64,000 nucleotides of DNA from IMG/VR virus record IMGVR_UViG_3300011793_000004, positions 1,624 through 65,623 of that record, one strand, 5' to 3'. Below the pieces are notes generated by a model. That model worked only from the letters and a program-made list of their open reading frames with translations, was not told where the DNA came from and did no database searches. The position numbers were made by a program, and so were the translations under genes. This document shows, one piece after another, positions 18,607 to 28,693 of the stretch (the first letter of the stretch is position 1; every line of letters begins with the position of its first letter). Origin of the DNA: a virus (Duplodnaviria > Caudoviricetes).

Positions 18607-21600
18607 CAGGCCCTCCCTTGGGCATTGCGATAGCTGACGCCGCCCGGACGCCAGGAGTCTGCGACTGCTTTGTTCGCGACGCCGGTCATCTGGGATTGAA
18701 GGGTTCGCTGCAACGCATCGGCGTCCAGCTGCATGCCCTCGTCGCTGCGGTCAGCCGTGGTGACGCTGACGGGAACGGTGACCTGGATGACCGTCGATCC
18801 TCCGGCGCCCTCCCCGCCACCGACAGCACGGACGCCGAGCGAGCCGTCGGCGGCGCGCGCCAGCGGCATGATCGCTTCCGGCCCTGCCTCGCCCATCACA
18901 CCCAGGTCGCCACCGGCCATGCCGAAGGCGGTTGGCCGGTTGACCACGCTGTTGGTGAAACCGGCGCCATTGGCGAAGAACTGCACACCGCCGGACCAGC
19001 CTCCGCCGTCAGCCTGCGGAAAGTAGGTGGACGAGTAGCCGGCCTGGCTGGCTCCCAGTGAACTGGAGCCACTGCCGACCGATCCGCCGAAGTAGGAAAC
19101 GCCGGCGCCGACAAGGCTACTGAGCAGCGAGCTGGCGGCCTGCTGGCTGGCGATGCGGGCCATGTCTGCGATCACGCTGTTGGCGAAGTCCTTGAACGTG
19201 CCCTTGCCTGTTACGGCGAACTCGGCGAGCGAATCCCGCGCGGTGTTGAATCCGGCGGTGAGCGTGTCGTCGGTAGCGCTGGCTACGTCCGCGGCGTCGG
19301 CCTGGATATTCGCCCATGCGCGGCGAGCGCCGTTACGGTAGTCGGCCTGCGCCTGCAGCCGGGCGCTGTAGCCGTCCACCTCCATCTGCATCTCGCGTGC
19401 CTGAAAGTCGGCAAGGTCGGCCAGCCGCTGCTCATACGCGGTCTGGCTAAGCCGTCGGGACGCGTCCTCCTGCTGCTCCTCAAGTTGACGCCGCAGATCC
19501 GCGTACTTGGCCCGCACAGCATTGAGCCGGTCGGCCTGCTCACTCTCATCGTCGCCCATGCCCACGGCGGCGACATCCGCATCGATGGCGTCCTGCCGCG
19601 CCTGCAGGACGACCTCCATCGCCTTGCGGTAGGCCTCGGCGCTATTCTTTCGAGCCTCGGCGAGCTTCTGCTCCTCCTTCGTCCGCTGCTGCAACGAAGT
19701 GTCGGCATAGGCCACGTTCAGGTTCTTGATGCCGAGTTCCATCTCGTCGGCGGTGATCTTGCCGGTGGCATGCGCCTTGCGCAGACCTTCCACGCCGGCT
19801 GCCAGGTCGGCCAGGCGCTTCTTCTCCGGCAGGGCCTTGTCGAGCAGGGTATCGAGGGCTTTCACCTCATCCTGGATCGACTTGGTGCGGGCCTTGGTGC
19901 CGGCAGTGGCGGCCTGGTTGGCGGCGCGCTGGGACTCGATGGCGTTGGCAGCAGAGAGAATCGCCTGGCGATCGGTCTCGGTGAGCTGGGCGTTGTCAGC
20001 GATATAGCGGTTCGCCGCGGCGATGGCGCTGCCGTTGTCCTGCAACCCGGCAAGCTGCTTCTGCAGCGTCTCGAGGTACTTCTCGCCAGCGGTGCTCATC
20101 CCCGACTTGGCGACGTTGTTGGCCTGGGTCGACGCGGTGTTGTCGTCCATGGCGCCAGTTAGCACGCGCAGCGTGTCGGCGATCAGCGCAGACTTCTGGT
20201 CCGCATCGCTGACGGCGCCGGCCTGCTTGACCCAGCCAGCGACGACGGCCGGGTCGATGTGCAACTGCTGGCCAACGTCCTGCAGGATCGGCGCAAGCGA
20301 TTGCCCGCTCGCCTTCGCGGCGTTCAGACGGTCGATGATGTCCTGGTAGGTCTTGGACACCGCGCCCATCGACTCGGTCATGTCCATGGCGGGGTCGCTG
20401 ACGGCCTCGCGGATGTCGGACGCGAGCTGGCGGTATTGCTCGCTGACCTGCTCGGTTGCCTCGGCTTGCTTGTCGGCCCACTTCGCGACCGCCGCTTCGC
20501 GCTGGTCGCGGTTCAGCTTCGCGAACTCCTCGCGCAGTTGCTCGACTGGCTTGTGCAGATCCTCGAGGCTGATCCCGGCCTGGTCGGAGTTGTCGCGCAA
20601 AAGCAAGAAGCTGGCGGCGGCAGTACCTGCGAGCAGCGCCAGGCCCATCGGGCCACCGAGCAAAGTGGCCATTCCAAGCGCGGCCGAGCGCAGGCCAGTC
20701 TGCGCCGCCGCAACAGCAGCAGTTGCCGCCGCTTCGCGCTGGCGCGCCTGCGCGAGCTGGATCGACATTTGCGTCTGGACGGCGGTGGCCTTCGCCGCGT
20801 CGGCTTCGCGGGCTGCCAGGATGGTGGCGGTCTGTGCCTTGCGCTGGTCGGCGATGGCGGCCTGCAGCACGGCCTGCGCCTGATCAATCCGCACCTTCCT
20901 GTCATAGACCGCCGCGCCCGCAGCGTGCAATGTCGAGACAGCGGCGATGGCGGCCTTGGCACTGTACAGAACAAGCGCCGCAGTACCGGCGCCACCGACG
21001 ACGAAAGCCAAACTGTCGACGTGGTCGGCAACCACACCCAGCGCGCTCGCCAACAGGCCCAACGCGCCGGTGCTGTCCTCCATCCCTCCCAGGAACTTAC
21101 CGAGGGCATTTTCGATGTTCACCAGCGCATCCTGAACGCTGACGGACATATCGGCCGCCGCCTTGCGGTTTGCTTCGACCGTGTTCAAGAGCCCGGTGTT
21201 GATATCGTCCAGGGACAGCTTGCCTTGCACGCCAAGGCGCCGCACCTCGTCGGCGCTTTTGCCGGTGGCGGTGGTGATCGCGTTGACGATGGTCGGCATC
21301 GCGGTCTGGATGGAAACCCAGCCGTCAGCCTCAACCTTCCCCGTCGCCAGGGCCTTGGAATACGCATCCAGCGCGCTCTGTGCCTTGTCGGCCGAGGCCG
21401 CGTTGGTCACCAGCAGGAAGCTGAAGCTTTCGGTGATGTCGAGGGTCTGTTGGGTGTTGTAGCCCAGGCTGCGCATCACGTCCGCGGTGCGGATGTAGAG
21501 TTCCTGCGCCTCGGCGAGCGGCCGGTAGGTCTCCTGCGCGGTGCGTAGCAGGTGCTCCTGCACTGCCTGGTATTCGCTGGAACTGCCGGCGGCGGCACGC

Positions 21601-21878
21601 ATCCGGTCCGCCATCTGCCCGTAGGCATCCACCTGGCGGATGATGCTGCCGACCAGGCCGGCCCCGGCAACCGCCGCGAAGGCGCCCTTGATCAGGTTGC
21701 CGGCCCGCTGCGCGGAAACGCCGGCGGCATCGAAAGCGGAGTCCACGTTGGCCAGGTTGCGGTCGATGGCCTGCGTGGTGCGGGCAACGACCTGATCCGC
21801 GCTGGCCAGTTCGCGACGCAGCTGCGCCGTGGTGGCCTCGATCTGGATCAGCATTCCCTGGACTTCTTGGTCTGACAT
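18606..21878 (-). CDS. Tail tape measure protein (1090 aa)
   Basis: Ala-rich helical protein; lambda TMP-like C-terminus (FANGAGF, MGEAGPEAIMPL). Confidence 0.94.
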   Translation of the reverse strand: MSDQEVQGMLIQIEATTAQLRRELASADQVVARTTQAIDRNLANVDSAFDAAGVSAQRAGNLIKGAFAAVAGAGLVGSIIRQVDAYGQMADRMRAAAGSSSEYQAVQEHLLRTAQETYRPLAEAQELYIRTADVMRSLGYNTQQTLDITESFSFLLVTNAASADKAQSALDAYSKALATGKVEADGWVSIQTAMPTIVNAITTATGKSADEVRRLGVQGKLSLDDINTGLLNTVEANRKAAADMSVSVQDALVNIENALGKFLGGMEDSTGALGLLASALGVVADHVDSLAFVVGGAGTAALVLYSAKAAIAAVSTLHAAGAAVYDRKVRIDQAQAVLQAAIADQRKAQTATILAAREADAAKATAVQTQMSIQLAQARQREAAATAAVAAAQTGLRSAALGMATLLGGPMGLALLAGTAAASFLLLRDNSDQAGISLEDLHKPVEQLREEFAKLNRDQREAAVAKWADKQAEATEQVSEQYRQLASDIREAVSDPAMDMTESMGAVSKTYQDIIDRLNAAKASGQSLAPILQDVGQQLHIDPAVVAGWVKQAGAVSDADQKSALIADTLRVLTGAMDDNTASTQANNVAKSGMSTAGEKYLETLQKQLAGLQDNGSAIAAANRYIADNAQLTETDRQAILSAANAIESQRAANQAATAGTKARTKSIQDEVKALDTLLDKALPEKKRLADLAAGVEGLRKAHATGKITADEMELGIKNLNVAYADTSLQQRTKEEQKLAEARKNSAEAYRKAMEVVLQARQDAIDADVAAVGMGDDESEQADRLNAVRAKYADLRRQLEEQQEDASRRLSQTAYEQRLADLADFQAREMQMEVDGYSARLQAQADYRNGARRAWANIQADAADVASATDDTLTAGFNTARDSLAEFAVTGKGTFKDFANSVIADMARIASQQAASSLLSSLVGAGVSYFGGSVGSGSSSLGASQAGYSSTYFPQADGGGWSGGVQFFANGAGFTNSVVNRPTAFGMAGGDLGVMGEAGPEAIMPLARAADGSLGVRAVGGGEGAGGSTVIQVTVPVSVTTADRSDEGMQLDADALQRTLQSQMTGVANKAVADSWRPGGVSYRNAQGRA

Positions 21879-21923
21879 GCGGATCTCCGGGCATAAAAAA
21901 ACCGCCCGTAGGCGGTGGGTCTG

Positions 21924-22154
21924 TTACGTGTCGCGGCGCCCCGTCAGGAAGGCCTTCAACCGCTCGGCGACATTGCCGCGCTTTGCAGGCGGAGCACCCT
22001 TGGCCGGCGCCGGCCCGGGGTTCATCCAATCCAGGTGCGCAGTCAGAGCCAGCATGATCTGCGGGATGGGTGTGCGCCAGGCGGTTTCGGGCGGCCAGCC
22101 CAGCCAGCCGGTTGCCACGCCGAACAGATAGTCGACGTAGCTGCCGTCTTTCAC
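21924..22154 (-). CDS. Tail assembly chaperone, T segment (C-terminus of the GT fusion)
   Basis: GWLGWPPETAW; reached from G by a -1 frameshift. Confidence 0.8.
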   Translation of the reverse strand: MKDGSYVDYLFGVATGWLGWPPETAWRTPIPQIMLALTAHLDWMNPGPAPAKGAPPAKRGNVAERLKAFLTGRRDT

Positions 22155-22495
22155 TGCGCTGTGCTGTCCGCCTCGGGCTTTCCCCGCTCGACGACGCTCG
22201 GCGGTACCGGGCTCAACAGAACGGTCAGGTATTGGGTCAGCTCGGTGCTGACCTTGGCCACGCCCGTGTGGAAGATGTCATTGCCCAGAGCAGCATGATC
22301 CTCCGGCTTGAGGCCGGCGCCGGCGATGACGATATCCGCGCAGGCGCCGATGCCGAGCATGCGCAGCGATTCCAGGGCGGGACGCAGGCCGCCGAACCGG
22401 GCTTCGATCTTCAAGGCTGCTTCCAGGGTCGGCTGCAGGGTATAGGTGCGAGCACCGATCACCATCGTGACGGTGCCGTGCAGGGCTTCGCTCAT
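22151..22495 (-). CDS. Tail assembly chaperone G
   Basis: Between tail tube and tape measure genes. Confidence 0.82.
   Translation of the reverse strand: MSEALHGTVTMVIGARTYTLQPTLEAALKIEARFGGLRPALESLRMLGIGACADIVIAGAGLKPEDHAALGNDIFHTGVAKVSTELTQYLTVLLSPVPPSVVERGKPEADSTAQ
22178..22184 (-). other. Programmed -1 frameshift heptamer G GGA AAG
   Basis: In-frame cgG GGA AAG (same as lambda G/T); -1 frame reads GKARGGQHSAVKDGSYVDY into the T ORF. Confidence 0.85.
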
Positions 22496-22532
22496 GCGTT
22501 ACTCCAGGCGAACGGGGCTCGCGCCCCGCCGA

Positions 22533-23027
22533 TCAGGCAGCCGGGCCGGCCGCGATTTCGAGAATATCGGTGTTGATGCCCAGCGTGACGTTGCGGCGCA
22601 CGACGTTGTCGGCGCTGCCCGCGGCGACGGCGTTGTTCATCACCTTCACACCGAAGTAGAAGGTGGTCGGCAGCACCACGGGAGTGGCGGTAGGGTCACC
22701 ATCGTTGAGCGTGACGCGCACGTTGTAGTTGCCCTTCGTGCGGTCGGCATGGGCGACCTTGAGCTTCTGCTGGCCGGCGTCGCCATTGTCCAAGCCGATG
22801 GTCAGCGTCATGTCGCCGGCATCGGCGGTGCCCTTGTACTTGCGCACGCGGCCATCGGCCAGGCTGGTGAAGTTGACCGAACTGAAGGTGTCGCCGAAGT
22901 CGCCCAGCTCTTCGATCTCGCCGATCTCGGTGTAGACGTCGTCCTCGTAGTCGGCCACGTCGGTGGCCGGGGTTTTGGTACCGAGCGCCAACCGGCAGCC
23001 GGCGGCGGTGTTCAGATTGTCAGCCAT
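22533..23027 (-). CDS. Major tail tube protein
   Basis: MADNLNTAAG...GRVRKYKGTADAG; SD GGAGG. Confidence 0.85.
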   Translation of the reverse strand: MADNLNTAAGCRLALGTKTPATDVADYEDDVYTEIGEIEELGDFGDTFSSVNFTSLADGRVRKYKGTADAGDMTLTIGLDNGDAGQQKLKVAHADRTKGNYNVRVTLNDGDPTATPVVLPTTFYFGVKVMNNAVAAGSADNVVRRNVTLGINTDILEIAAGPAA

Positions 23028-23076
23028 GGGTAATCCTCCAATGACGCGTTGGTGTGCCGGTGTGGCGGTGGGTGAA

Positions 23077-23463
23077 TCAGAAGGTGGTGATGACTCGGAT
23101 GGCGACTGAGCCCTGATAGGTGCGGCCATCCGGTTCGCGGTTGCTGTCGGCACTTACCAGGCGCACCGACACGGCGCGCCCGTCCTCGAGCGGCAGCGCG
23201 CGCTCGTCCAGCGCGGCGGCGATCTCGCCGTTGATGCGCTTGACCTCGGCCTGGCCCTGGTAGTCGCTCCAGACGCTCAGGTAAACCAGCCGCTGCTGCC
23301 GCTTACGGCCAGCGATGGGGCTGATGTTGGTGACGCGCTCGCTGTCGATGGTGACGTAGGGATAGGGTGTATCCATCGGAACGGCGTCGTAGACCGGCAC
23401 GGACAGCTCGGCCGTCAGCCGCTGGAAGATAGCCTTCTGCAAGGCGAAACCTGGTTCAGGCAT
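23077..23463 (-). CDS. Tail terminator (DUF3168-like)
   Basis: ALQKAIFQRL...VYDAVP...YPYVTI. Confidence 0.85.
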   Translation of the reverse strand: MPEPGFALQKAIFQRLTAELSVPVYDAVPMDTPYPYVTIDSERVTNISPIAGRKRQQRLVYLSVWSDYQGQAEVKRINGEIAAALDERALPLEDGRAVSVRLVSADSNREPDGRTYQGSVAIRVITTF

Positions 23464-23956
23464 TGCGTGCTTCCTGTGCCGCGCGACGCAGCGTGCTGTC
23501 GATGGCACCGCGGATGATGACGCGGATGTCATCGCGATTCGTTTGGTAACTGGGGCGCAGCCAGGGATGCGCCGGCCGGGCCGGGATGTCCGGGTATTTG
23601 CCGAACCAGTGCTCGCCGTCCGATTTGTTGGAGGGCCGGCGGTTGCGGTTGCCCGAGCGCTTTTCGCCCTGATAGCCCTTGGTGCCGTACTCCAGGAACT
23701 TCACGTAGAAGAACTCGCGCTGCTTGCGCTTGCCGATGATGCCGATGCGCGCGTCAAGGCCGCTGGAGCTGATGCGAACCTCCAGCGCATCAGCAGCAGC
23801 GCCGGTGTCCTTCGGGATCAGCTGCTGCTGGGTGGCCAGCACCAAGTCCGCCGCCTGCGCCATCGCCGCGGGCAGGTCGCTCTGGTCGAGTTGCGCGATG
23901 CGCCGGAGCACGCCTCGCAGCTTGAAGTCACCTTTGATGCGTGAGCGACGGGCCAT
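23456..23956 (-). CDS. HK97 gp10-like tail completion protein
   Basis: PKDTG, FYVKFLEYGT, PAHPWLRP. Confidence 0.88.
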   Translation of the reverse strand: MARRSRIKGDFKLRGVLRRIAQLDQSDLPAAMAQAADLVLATQQQLIPKDTGAAADALEVRISSSGLDARIGIIGKRKQREFFYVKFLEYGTKGYQGEKRSGNRNRRPSNKSDGEHWFGKYPDIPARPAHPWLRPSYQTNRDDIRVIIRGAIDSTLRRAAQEARNA

Positions 23957-23958
23957 GA

Positions 23959-24195
23959 TCAGGTGATAACCGGCAGCCGCTCAACGCTGACTTGGCGCAG
24001 TTGCTCATCGAGCAGCGCATCAAGGTGACGGCTCAAGCGTTCGGACAGAGCGCCTTCGGCATCCTTGAGCAAGATGCAGATACGCTCGATGGCCTCGTTC
24101 AGTTCGTAGCCGACGACGTTCTGCAGTTCCTGAATTACGCCGCGCAGCTCGGTAGCAGCTTCGGACGCATCGATCTTCATCATTACTTCACTCAT
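23959..24195 (-). CDS. Hypothetical protein inserted in the neck genes
   Basis: Helical 78-aa ORF, SD GAGG. Confidence 0.5.
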   Translation of the reverse strand: MSEVMMKIDASEAATELRGVIQELQNVVGYELNEAIERICILLKDAEGALSERLSRHLDALLDEQLRQVSVERLPVIT

Positions 24196-24197
24196 GA

Positions 24198-24524
24198 TCA
24201 CCTCGGTGTGGGTGTGACGTTGGAACACAACAGCCGAAGCAGGCTGTTCTCGTTGTCCAGCAGCGCCGCCTCGATCAGGTAGGTAGCGCCGCGGTGCACG
24301 AGTCGCCGGCCGGCCACGAGAGCGGCGGACGGCCTTGCGCGGATCTCGGCCGTGACCACGTTCTGCAACTGGTCGGCGACAGTGGCCACCCGCCCGGTGG
24401 GCAGCGTGATCTCAACCCAGACCTTCCGCTGCTCGACCCAGGCGTCGACGTAGCCGCCGGCGCCGTCGGGCACGCGCTGTTGCTCGAGCAGGGTTGCCCG
24501 ATGGCGGAGTGGGCCTGCTCTCAT
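24198..24524 (-). CDS. Head closure protein (SPP1 gp16-like)
   Basis: MRAGPLRHRATL...DGAGG. Confidence 0.88.
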   Translation of the reverse strand: MRAGPLRHRATLLEQQRVPDGAGGYVDAWVEQRKVWVEITLPTGRVATVADQLQNVVTAEIRARPSAALVAGRRLVHRGATYLIEAALLDNENSLLRLLCSNVTPTPR

Positions 24525-24862
24525 ACGCCCATCCCGATGCGATAGGGCATCAGCAGCGAACGAGAGCTCAGTGGAATTTCTGTGGCTATAGTGCCGGTGA
24601 TCACGTCTTCGCGGTTGGCGTAGAGGTGGCCGAGGATCAGCAGCGTGGCGGCGCGGATGGAGTCGTTGGCGACGATAGGGCGCTCGCCGGCGGTCTCTGC
24701 GGTGAGGGCAGCAGCGAGGGCCGCCTCGTCTGCGTAGACGTTACGATCGAGGAATTGGGCGGCCTGGTCCTCGGCTGCGGATAGCAGCAGTATCAGGTAG
24801 GTGTCGTCATCCTCGGGATCGCGCAAATGCGTCTTGGCCACTGCCAGTTCCACGAATGCCAT
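24521..24862 (-). CDS. Head-tail connector (HK97 gp6-like)
   Basis: AKTHLR...ATLLILGHLYANRE. Confidence 0.9.
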   Translation of the reverse strand: MAFVELAVAKTHLRDPEDDDTYLILLLSAAEDQAAQFLDRNVYADEAALAAALTAETAGERPIVANDSIRAATLLILGHLYANREDVITGTIATEIPLSSRSLLMPYRIGMGV

Positions 24863-24865
24863 GGA

Positions 24866-25111
24866 TCAGTCCTTCGGGCTCTGGTCAGTGGCGAGCCCCC
24901 GGGCGACCAGTTGCTGAGCCTTGGCCTTGATGACGGCATAGCCGGCACCGCCCTTGCGGCGGATTTCGCCGGCGTCCTGGTAGGTGCGCAGCGGGTAGAT
25001 GGTGACGGTGGTGTCCTTCTCCGCCGGTTTGGTCTTTTGCTCGGCGGTGTCGGCAGGCGCGGCGGCCGCCAGGGCGGTGGCTGCAGCGGCTGGGGTATTG
25101 GTGCGTGCCAT
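24866..25111 (-). CDS. Small head-associated hypothetical protein
   Basis: SD AGGAGG; typical slot after the capsid gene. Confidence 0.65.
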   Translation of the reverse strand: MARTNTPAAAATALAAAAPADTAEQKTKPAEKDTTVTIYPLRTYQDAGEIRRKGGAGYAVIKAKAQQLVARGLATDQSPKD

Positions 25112-25159
25112 GGTGTTTCCTCCTGGCCCGGCCGCCGGAGCGGCCGGGTTGTGGTTGGC

Positions 25160-26533
25160 TTAAGCGCCGGTGAGCGGGCCGGTGACGAAGGCTTCGGGGC
25201 GATACACAGCAAAGGCCAGGCGCTCTTCAGCGCGGATGGTCACCATGTTCTTCTCGAAGTCGTCGGCGTTCTCGGTGGATACGAGAACCTCGATGCCCAT
25301 GCGGTCGAAGATCTGCGCCGCCAGGCTGAAGGCGCCGACAAGGAAGTCGTTCTGCACCATGGCCTGGGTCTCGACCACCGGCAGGTTCCAGAGGCGCGGC
25401 GAGGTACCTTCCTGCGGGCGACCGATGAGGTAGCGGTTTTCGCCATCCTTGAGCAACTCGATCAGCGCCCAGTCGATCGGGTGCAGCACAATGCCGGTGG
25501 ACGGGAACTCGGCCAGGGTCGCCTGCAGCAGTGCCAGGCGGATGCGGTCGATGCGCTGCTCGGCGGTCACGGTCACGCCGGCCGGCGCGGCGTATTCCTG
25601 GGCCTGCGGCACGATGCCGGCGATGTTGTTGCCGGTGCCGTTGCCGTAGAGCAGTTGCGCTTCCTCGGCCAGCAGCAGCCCGTAGCGAGCGCGCGCGTCG
25701 ATGAAGCTCTGCAGCGCGGCGGCGTCGTCGAGGATCTGGCGGCTACCCTTGAACAGGTGAGCGATGGTGCGGACGTTCGCAGTTTCCAGTTCGAAGGTCA
25801 GGTCGCTGTAGGGCTTTTGGGCGCCTTCGGCGACGATTGCAGCATTGTTGGTGAAGCCCGTCTCACGGACGTACTCGATGGAGTTGCTGCCGGTGGTGCC
25901 AGGCGCCACCAGGTCGCGAATGGTGAGGCGGCGCTCCGGAATGGCGAGCACACCAGGACGGCGGTCGGCCGGTACCAGGTCACCGCCAGAGCCCGTCACG
26001 GAGGTGATCGCAGCGCGCGGCACCTCTACACGCCGCGAGCCGCGGAAACCACTGCCCACGCCCTCTTCCTTGAGCTTTGCGGCAACCAGTGCACCGGCCG
26101 ACTCCTGGCGCTCGTCCTGGTCGCGCGTGCCGGCGCTGACCAGCTTCTGCTCGGCTTCCTGCATACGCGCTTGCAGTTCGCCCTGCTTTAGCAGCAGCTC
26201 GTCGACTTTGGCACGGGTTTCTTGGCTCATTTCCTTGTGCCGCTCGACATCTTTCGCGGCCTGTTCGGCATGCGCCTTCAACTGGTCGCCGATGACCTTC
26301 AGGTTTGCCTGCACTTCGGTGTACTGCTGCTCGATGTCGGCTTCGCCGATCTTGCCGAGCTGGCTGCGCATGCCGGTGTAGCGGGCAGTGCCCGGTTGCA
26401 CCAGGAAGGCTGCGCCGAACGCCAGCAGCGCGGCGGCGATCAGGGATTGAGTGGAGATGCCCATGGCCAGCGGCACGACCGCGACGACGGAGAGCACCGC
26501 CATCATGAACGTCGGGGAGAGACGGAATTTCAT
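25160..26533 (-). CDS. Major capsid protein, HK97 fold, with hydrophobic N-terminal extension
   Basis: RLTIRDL, AEGAQKP, TIRAEERLAFAVYRPEAF; start MKFRLS after GAGGAA. Confidence 0.95.
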   Translation of the reverse strand: MKFRLSPTFMMAVLSVVAVVPLAMGISTQSLIAAALLAFGAAFLVQPGTARYTGMRSQLGKIGEADIEQQYTEVQANLKVIGDQLKAHAEQAAKDVERHKEMSQETRAKVDELLLKQGELQARMQEAEQKLVSAGTRDQDERQESAGALVAAKLKEEGVGSGFRGSRRVEVPRAAITSVTGSGGDLVPADRRPGVLAIPERRLTIRDLVAPGTTGSNSIEYVRETGFTNNAAIVAEGAQKPYSDLTFELETANVRTIAHLFKGSRQILDDAAALQSFIDARARYGLLLAEEAQLLYGNGTGNNIAGIVPQAQEYAAPAGVTVTAEQRIDRIRLALLQATLAEFPSTGIVLHPIDWALIELLKDGENRYLIGRPQEGTSPRLWNLPVVETQAMVQNDFLVGAFSLAAQIFDRMGIEVLVSTENADDFEKNMVTIRAEERLAFAVYRPEAFVTGPLTGA

Positions 26534-26543
26534 GGTGTGTTCC

Positions 26544-27380
26544 TCAGAGGGGGAATTGAAGTTTCGGGAGCGGTTCCAGCGACAGCTCGACAGCGCGCGG
26601 CGTATCGGTCGGGCCAGCGTCATGCGTGGCCCCGCCAGCAGCGCGCGGCGTGCTGGACTTGAAAGCGGCGAAGAGGTCGCGGCGCTCGGCGCGGCTCATA
26701 CCGGCCTTGGCCAGGGCGATGTCCATGGCCTTGAGTGCGCTGGTCTGGCGACTCTCGTCCGTCTCGCGCTCGGTGAGCTCGTCGGCGGAGAGCAGCGACG
26801 TGGCGAGGCCAAGCTCCATGGCGCGCTTGCCGCGGATGAACGTTTCGTCGTCCATCAGCTCGCCCATGTCACCTGCTGGCTGGCCGCTGACTTCTCCGTA
26901 GAGATCGGCCATGGCGGCGTCGAACTCTTCCAGGTCGTCTGCGGTGGCGCGAAGGCCGTGCCGGTTGCCGTCGAGCCGGGTCCAGCAGTTGTGGATCATC
27001 AGGAAGCCGGTGGAGGCGATCTGCCGCTCGGCGCCGGCCATGGCGATGACGGAAGCGGCACTGGCGGCGAGACCGAGGACCTTGGTGGTGACCTTCTGGC
27101 TGTGCTCGCGCAGGCGGCTGTAGATGGCGAGGCCCTCGAACATGTCGCCGCCGGGCGAGTTGACGTAGACGGTGACTTCCTTGTCACCGATGGTGCGCAG
27201 CGCGGCGTCGATGCGGTTCACGGTGACACCCTCGCCGTACCAGTCCTGGCCGATCACGCCGTAGATGGTGATGGTGTTGGAGGTGGTTTCCACCGCCGCC
27301 TGGATGGCCGGGTTCCAGCGTTCGAGCGCACGGGGGCTGAGCTCGCAACGGAAGCTGCCAGCTTTGAGTTTGGGGAACAT
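26544..27380 (-). CDS. ClpP-type prohead protease
   Basis: VNSPGGDMFEG, LAASAASVI, LMIHNCW, ETF. Confidence 0.93.
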   Translation of the reverse strand: MFPKLKAGSFRCELSPRALERWNPAIQAAVETTSNTITIYGVIGQDWYGEGVTVNRIDAALRTIGDKEVTVYVNSPGGDMFEGLAIYSRLREHSQKVTTKVLGLAASAASVIAMAGAERQIASTGFLMIHNCWTRLDGNRHGLRATADDLEEFDAAMADLYGEVSGQPAGDMGELMDDETFIRGKRAMELGLATSLLSADELTERETDESRQTSALKAMDIALAKAGMSRAERRDLFAAFKSSTPRAAGGATHDAGPTDTPRAVELSLEPLPKLQFPL

Positions 27381-27382
27381 GG

Positions 27383-28693
27383 TTACTCCTTGGAGGGCGC
27401 TGGGTCGGTCAGCCAGTTCTGCAGGGCGGCGCGCACGGTCTGGCCGTCGCCGCCCTGCCCGAGGGCATCGAGCGGGGTGAGGTTGCTTTGCACGGTGAGC
27501 ACATCGGCATTGCCGCCCTTGCGCGGGAGGTTTTCGCGCACGCGGCAGTCGTCGCGGGTGTAGATGCCGTTCTGGGTCATCTGGGAGTAGAACGCCGCGC
27601 GCGCCTCGCTATCGGCGCGCAGGAGGCCTTCGATGGCGAACTCCGGATAGAGCGTGCGGCGCTCGGCGGGCGTGAGCAGGTGCTTGCTGACAGCTTCCTC
27701 AATCCGGCGCATGTAGGTGCGCAGGGTGAAGGTGAGGAAGCGCAGCATCTTCTGCTCCAGCCCGGTGCCCCAGTTCGAGGCCTTGTCGGCGTAGCCGATG
27801 ATGGTCGGGTCGATCAGGAAGAACCGGCAGATGTCCTCGGCGCTGTACTGGCGGGACTCTAGGAGTTGGGCGTCGATCGGGTTGATGCCGATGGTCTTGG
27901 CGGTGACGCCCTCCTCAAGCACCGGCGACAGGCCGGCGTTCATCGCGCCCGAGATGCGCCGGACGTAGTCGCGGAACTCGTCGCGCTGCTCGGGCCTGAG
28001 GGTGCGATTGACCTCGAAGGCGACGGTCTGGTGCAGGCCGTTCTTGAAGGTCGAACCGGCCACGTCCTCCGCCGACATCGCGGAGCCGAACACGTCGGCG
28101 CCGTAGGAGATCGGCGAGAGGCCGATCTGGCCATCCAGCGAGAACGCCGGGATGTGCAGCATGTTGTCCCGGGCGATTTGGCGCCGCGTTCCCTTGCGTG
28201 GCGTGTACCAGTATTCGAGGTTGCCGGCGCTGTCGGCATCCACGTCAACCCGGCCCGGAATGAGGAAGTCGAGGGCGACGACTCTGGTACCGGAGCGATG
28301 AATCTCGACGTAGGCGTTCCCCTTCAGCAGCATGGAGGCGACCACCGCCTCCCAGAACTGGACGGACGTCATCCGGCTGTTAGGGCTGCTGCGCAGAACC
28401 CAGTGAAGATCGTGGCCGGAAGCGGCTTCCCGGCCGCCATCGTCGAGGCGGCGGTAAAGGCCCAAGGGCAGCGTGGCGATGGTTTCGGAGATGATCCGCA
28501 CGCACGACCAGACCGCGGTGAGCCGCATGGCGTTGTTCACCGTGACCGTCTTGCCGCTGGCGGATACACCGCCCATGAACTGAGACCAGAAGCCGCCATC
28601 CGTGAGGCGGATGGGTTTACCGATCCAGTCCGCCAGGGACGCGCGCGGCGCGGTGGCGGCGCGGTTCAGCACGTGGATTAGGGATTTACTCAC
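27383..28693 (-). CDS. Portal protein, HK97 family
   Basis: AVWSCVRIISETIATLP, GLSPI, DAQLLESR. Confidence 0.95.
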   Translation of the reverse strand: MSKSLIHVLNRAATAPRASLADWIGKPIRLTDGGFWSQFMGGVSASGKTVTVNNAMRLTAVWSCVRIISETIATLPLGLYRRLDDGGREAASGHDLHWVLRSSPNSRMTSVQFWEAVVASMLLKGNAYVEIHRSGTRVVALDFLIPGRVDVDADSAGNLEYWYTPRKGTRRQIARDNMLHIPAFSLDGQIGLSPISYGADVFGSAMSAEDVAGSTFKNGLHQTVAFEVNRTLRPEQRDEFRDYVRRISGAMNAGLSPVLEEGVTAKTIGINPIDAQLLESRQYSAEDICRFFLIDPTIIGYADKASNWGTGLEQKMLRFLTFTLRTYMRRIEEAVSKHLLTPAERRTLYPEFAIEGLLRADSEARAAFYSQMTQNGIYTRDDCRVRENLPRKGGNADVLTVQSNLTPLDALGQGGDGQTVRAALQNWLTDPAPSKE

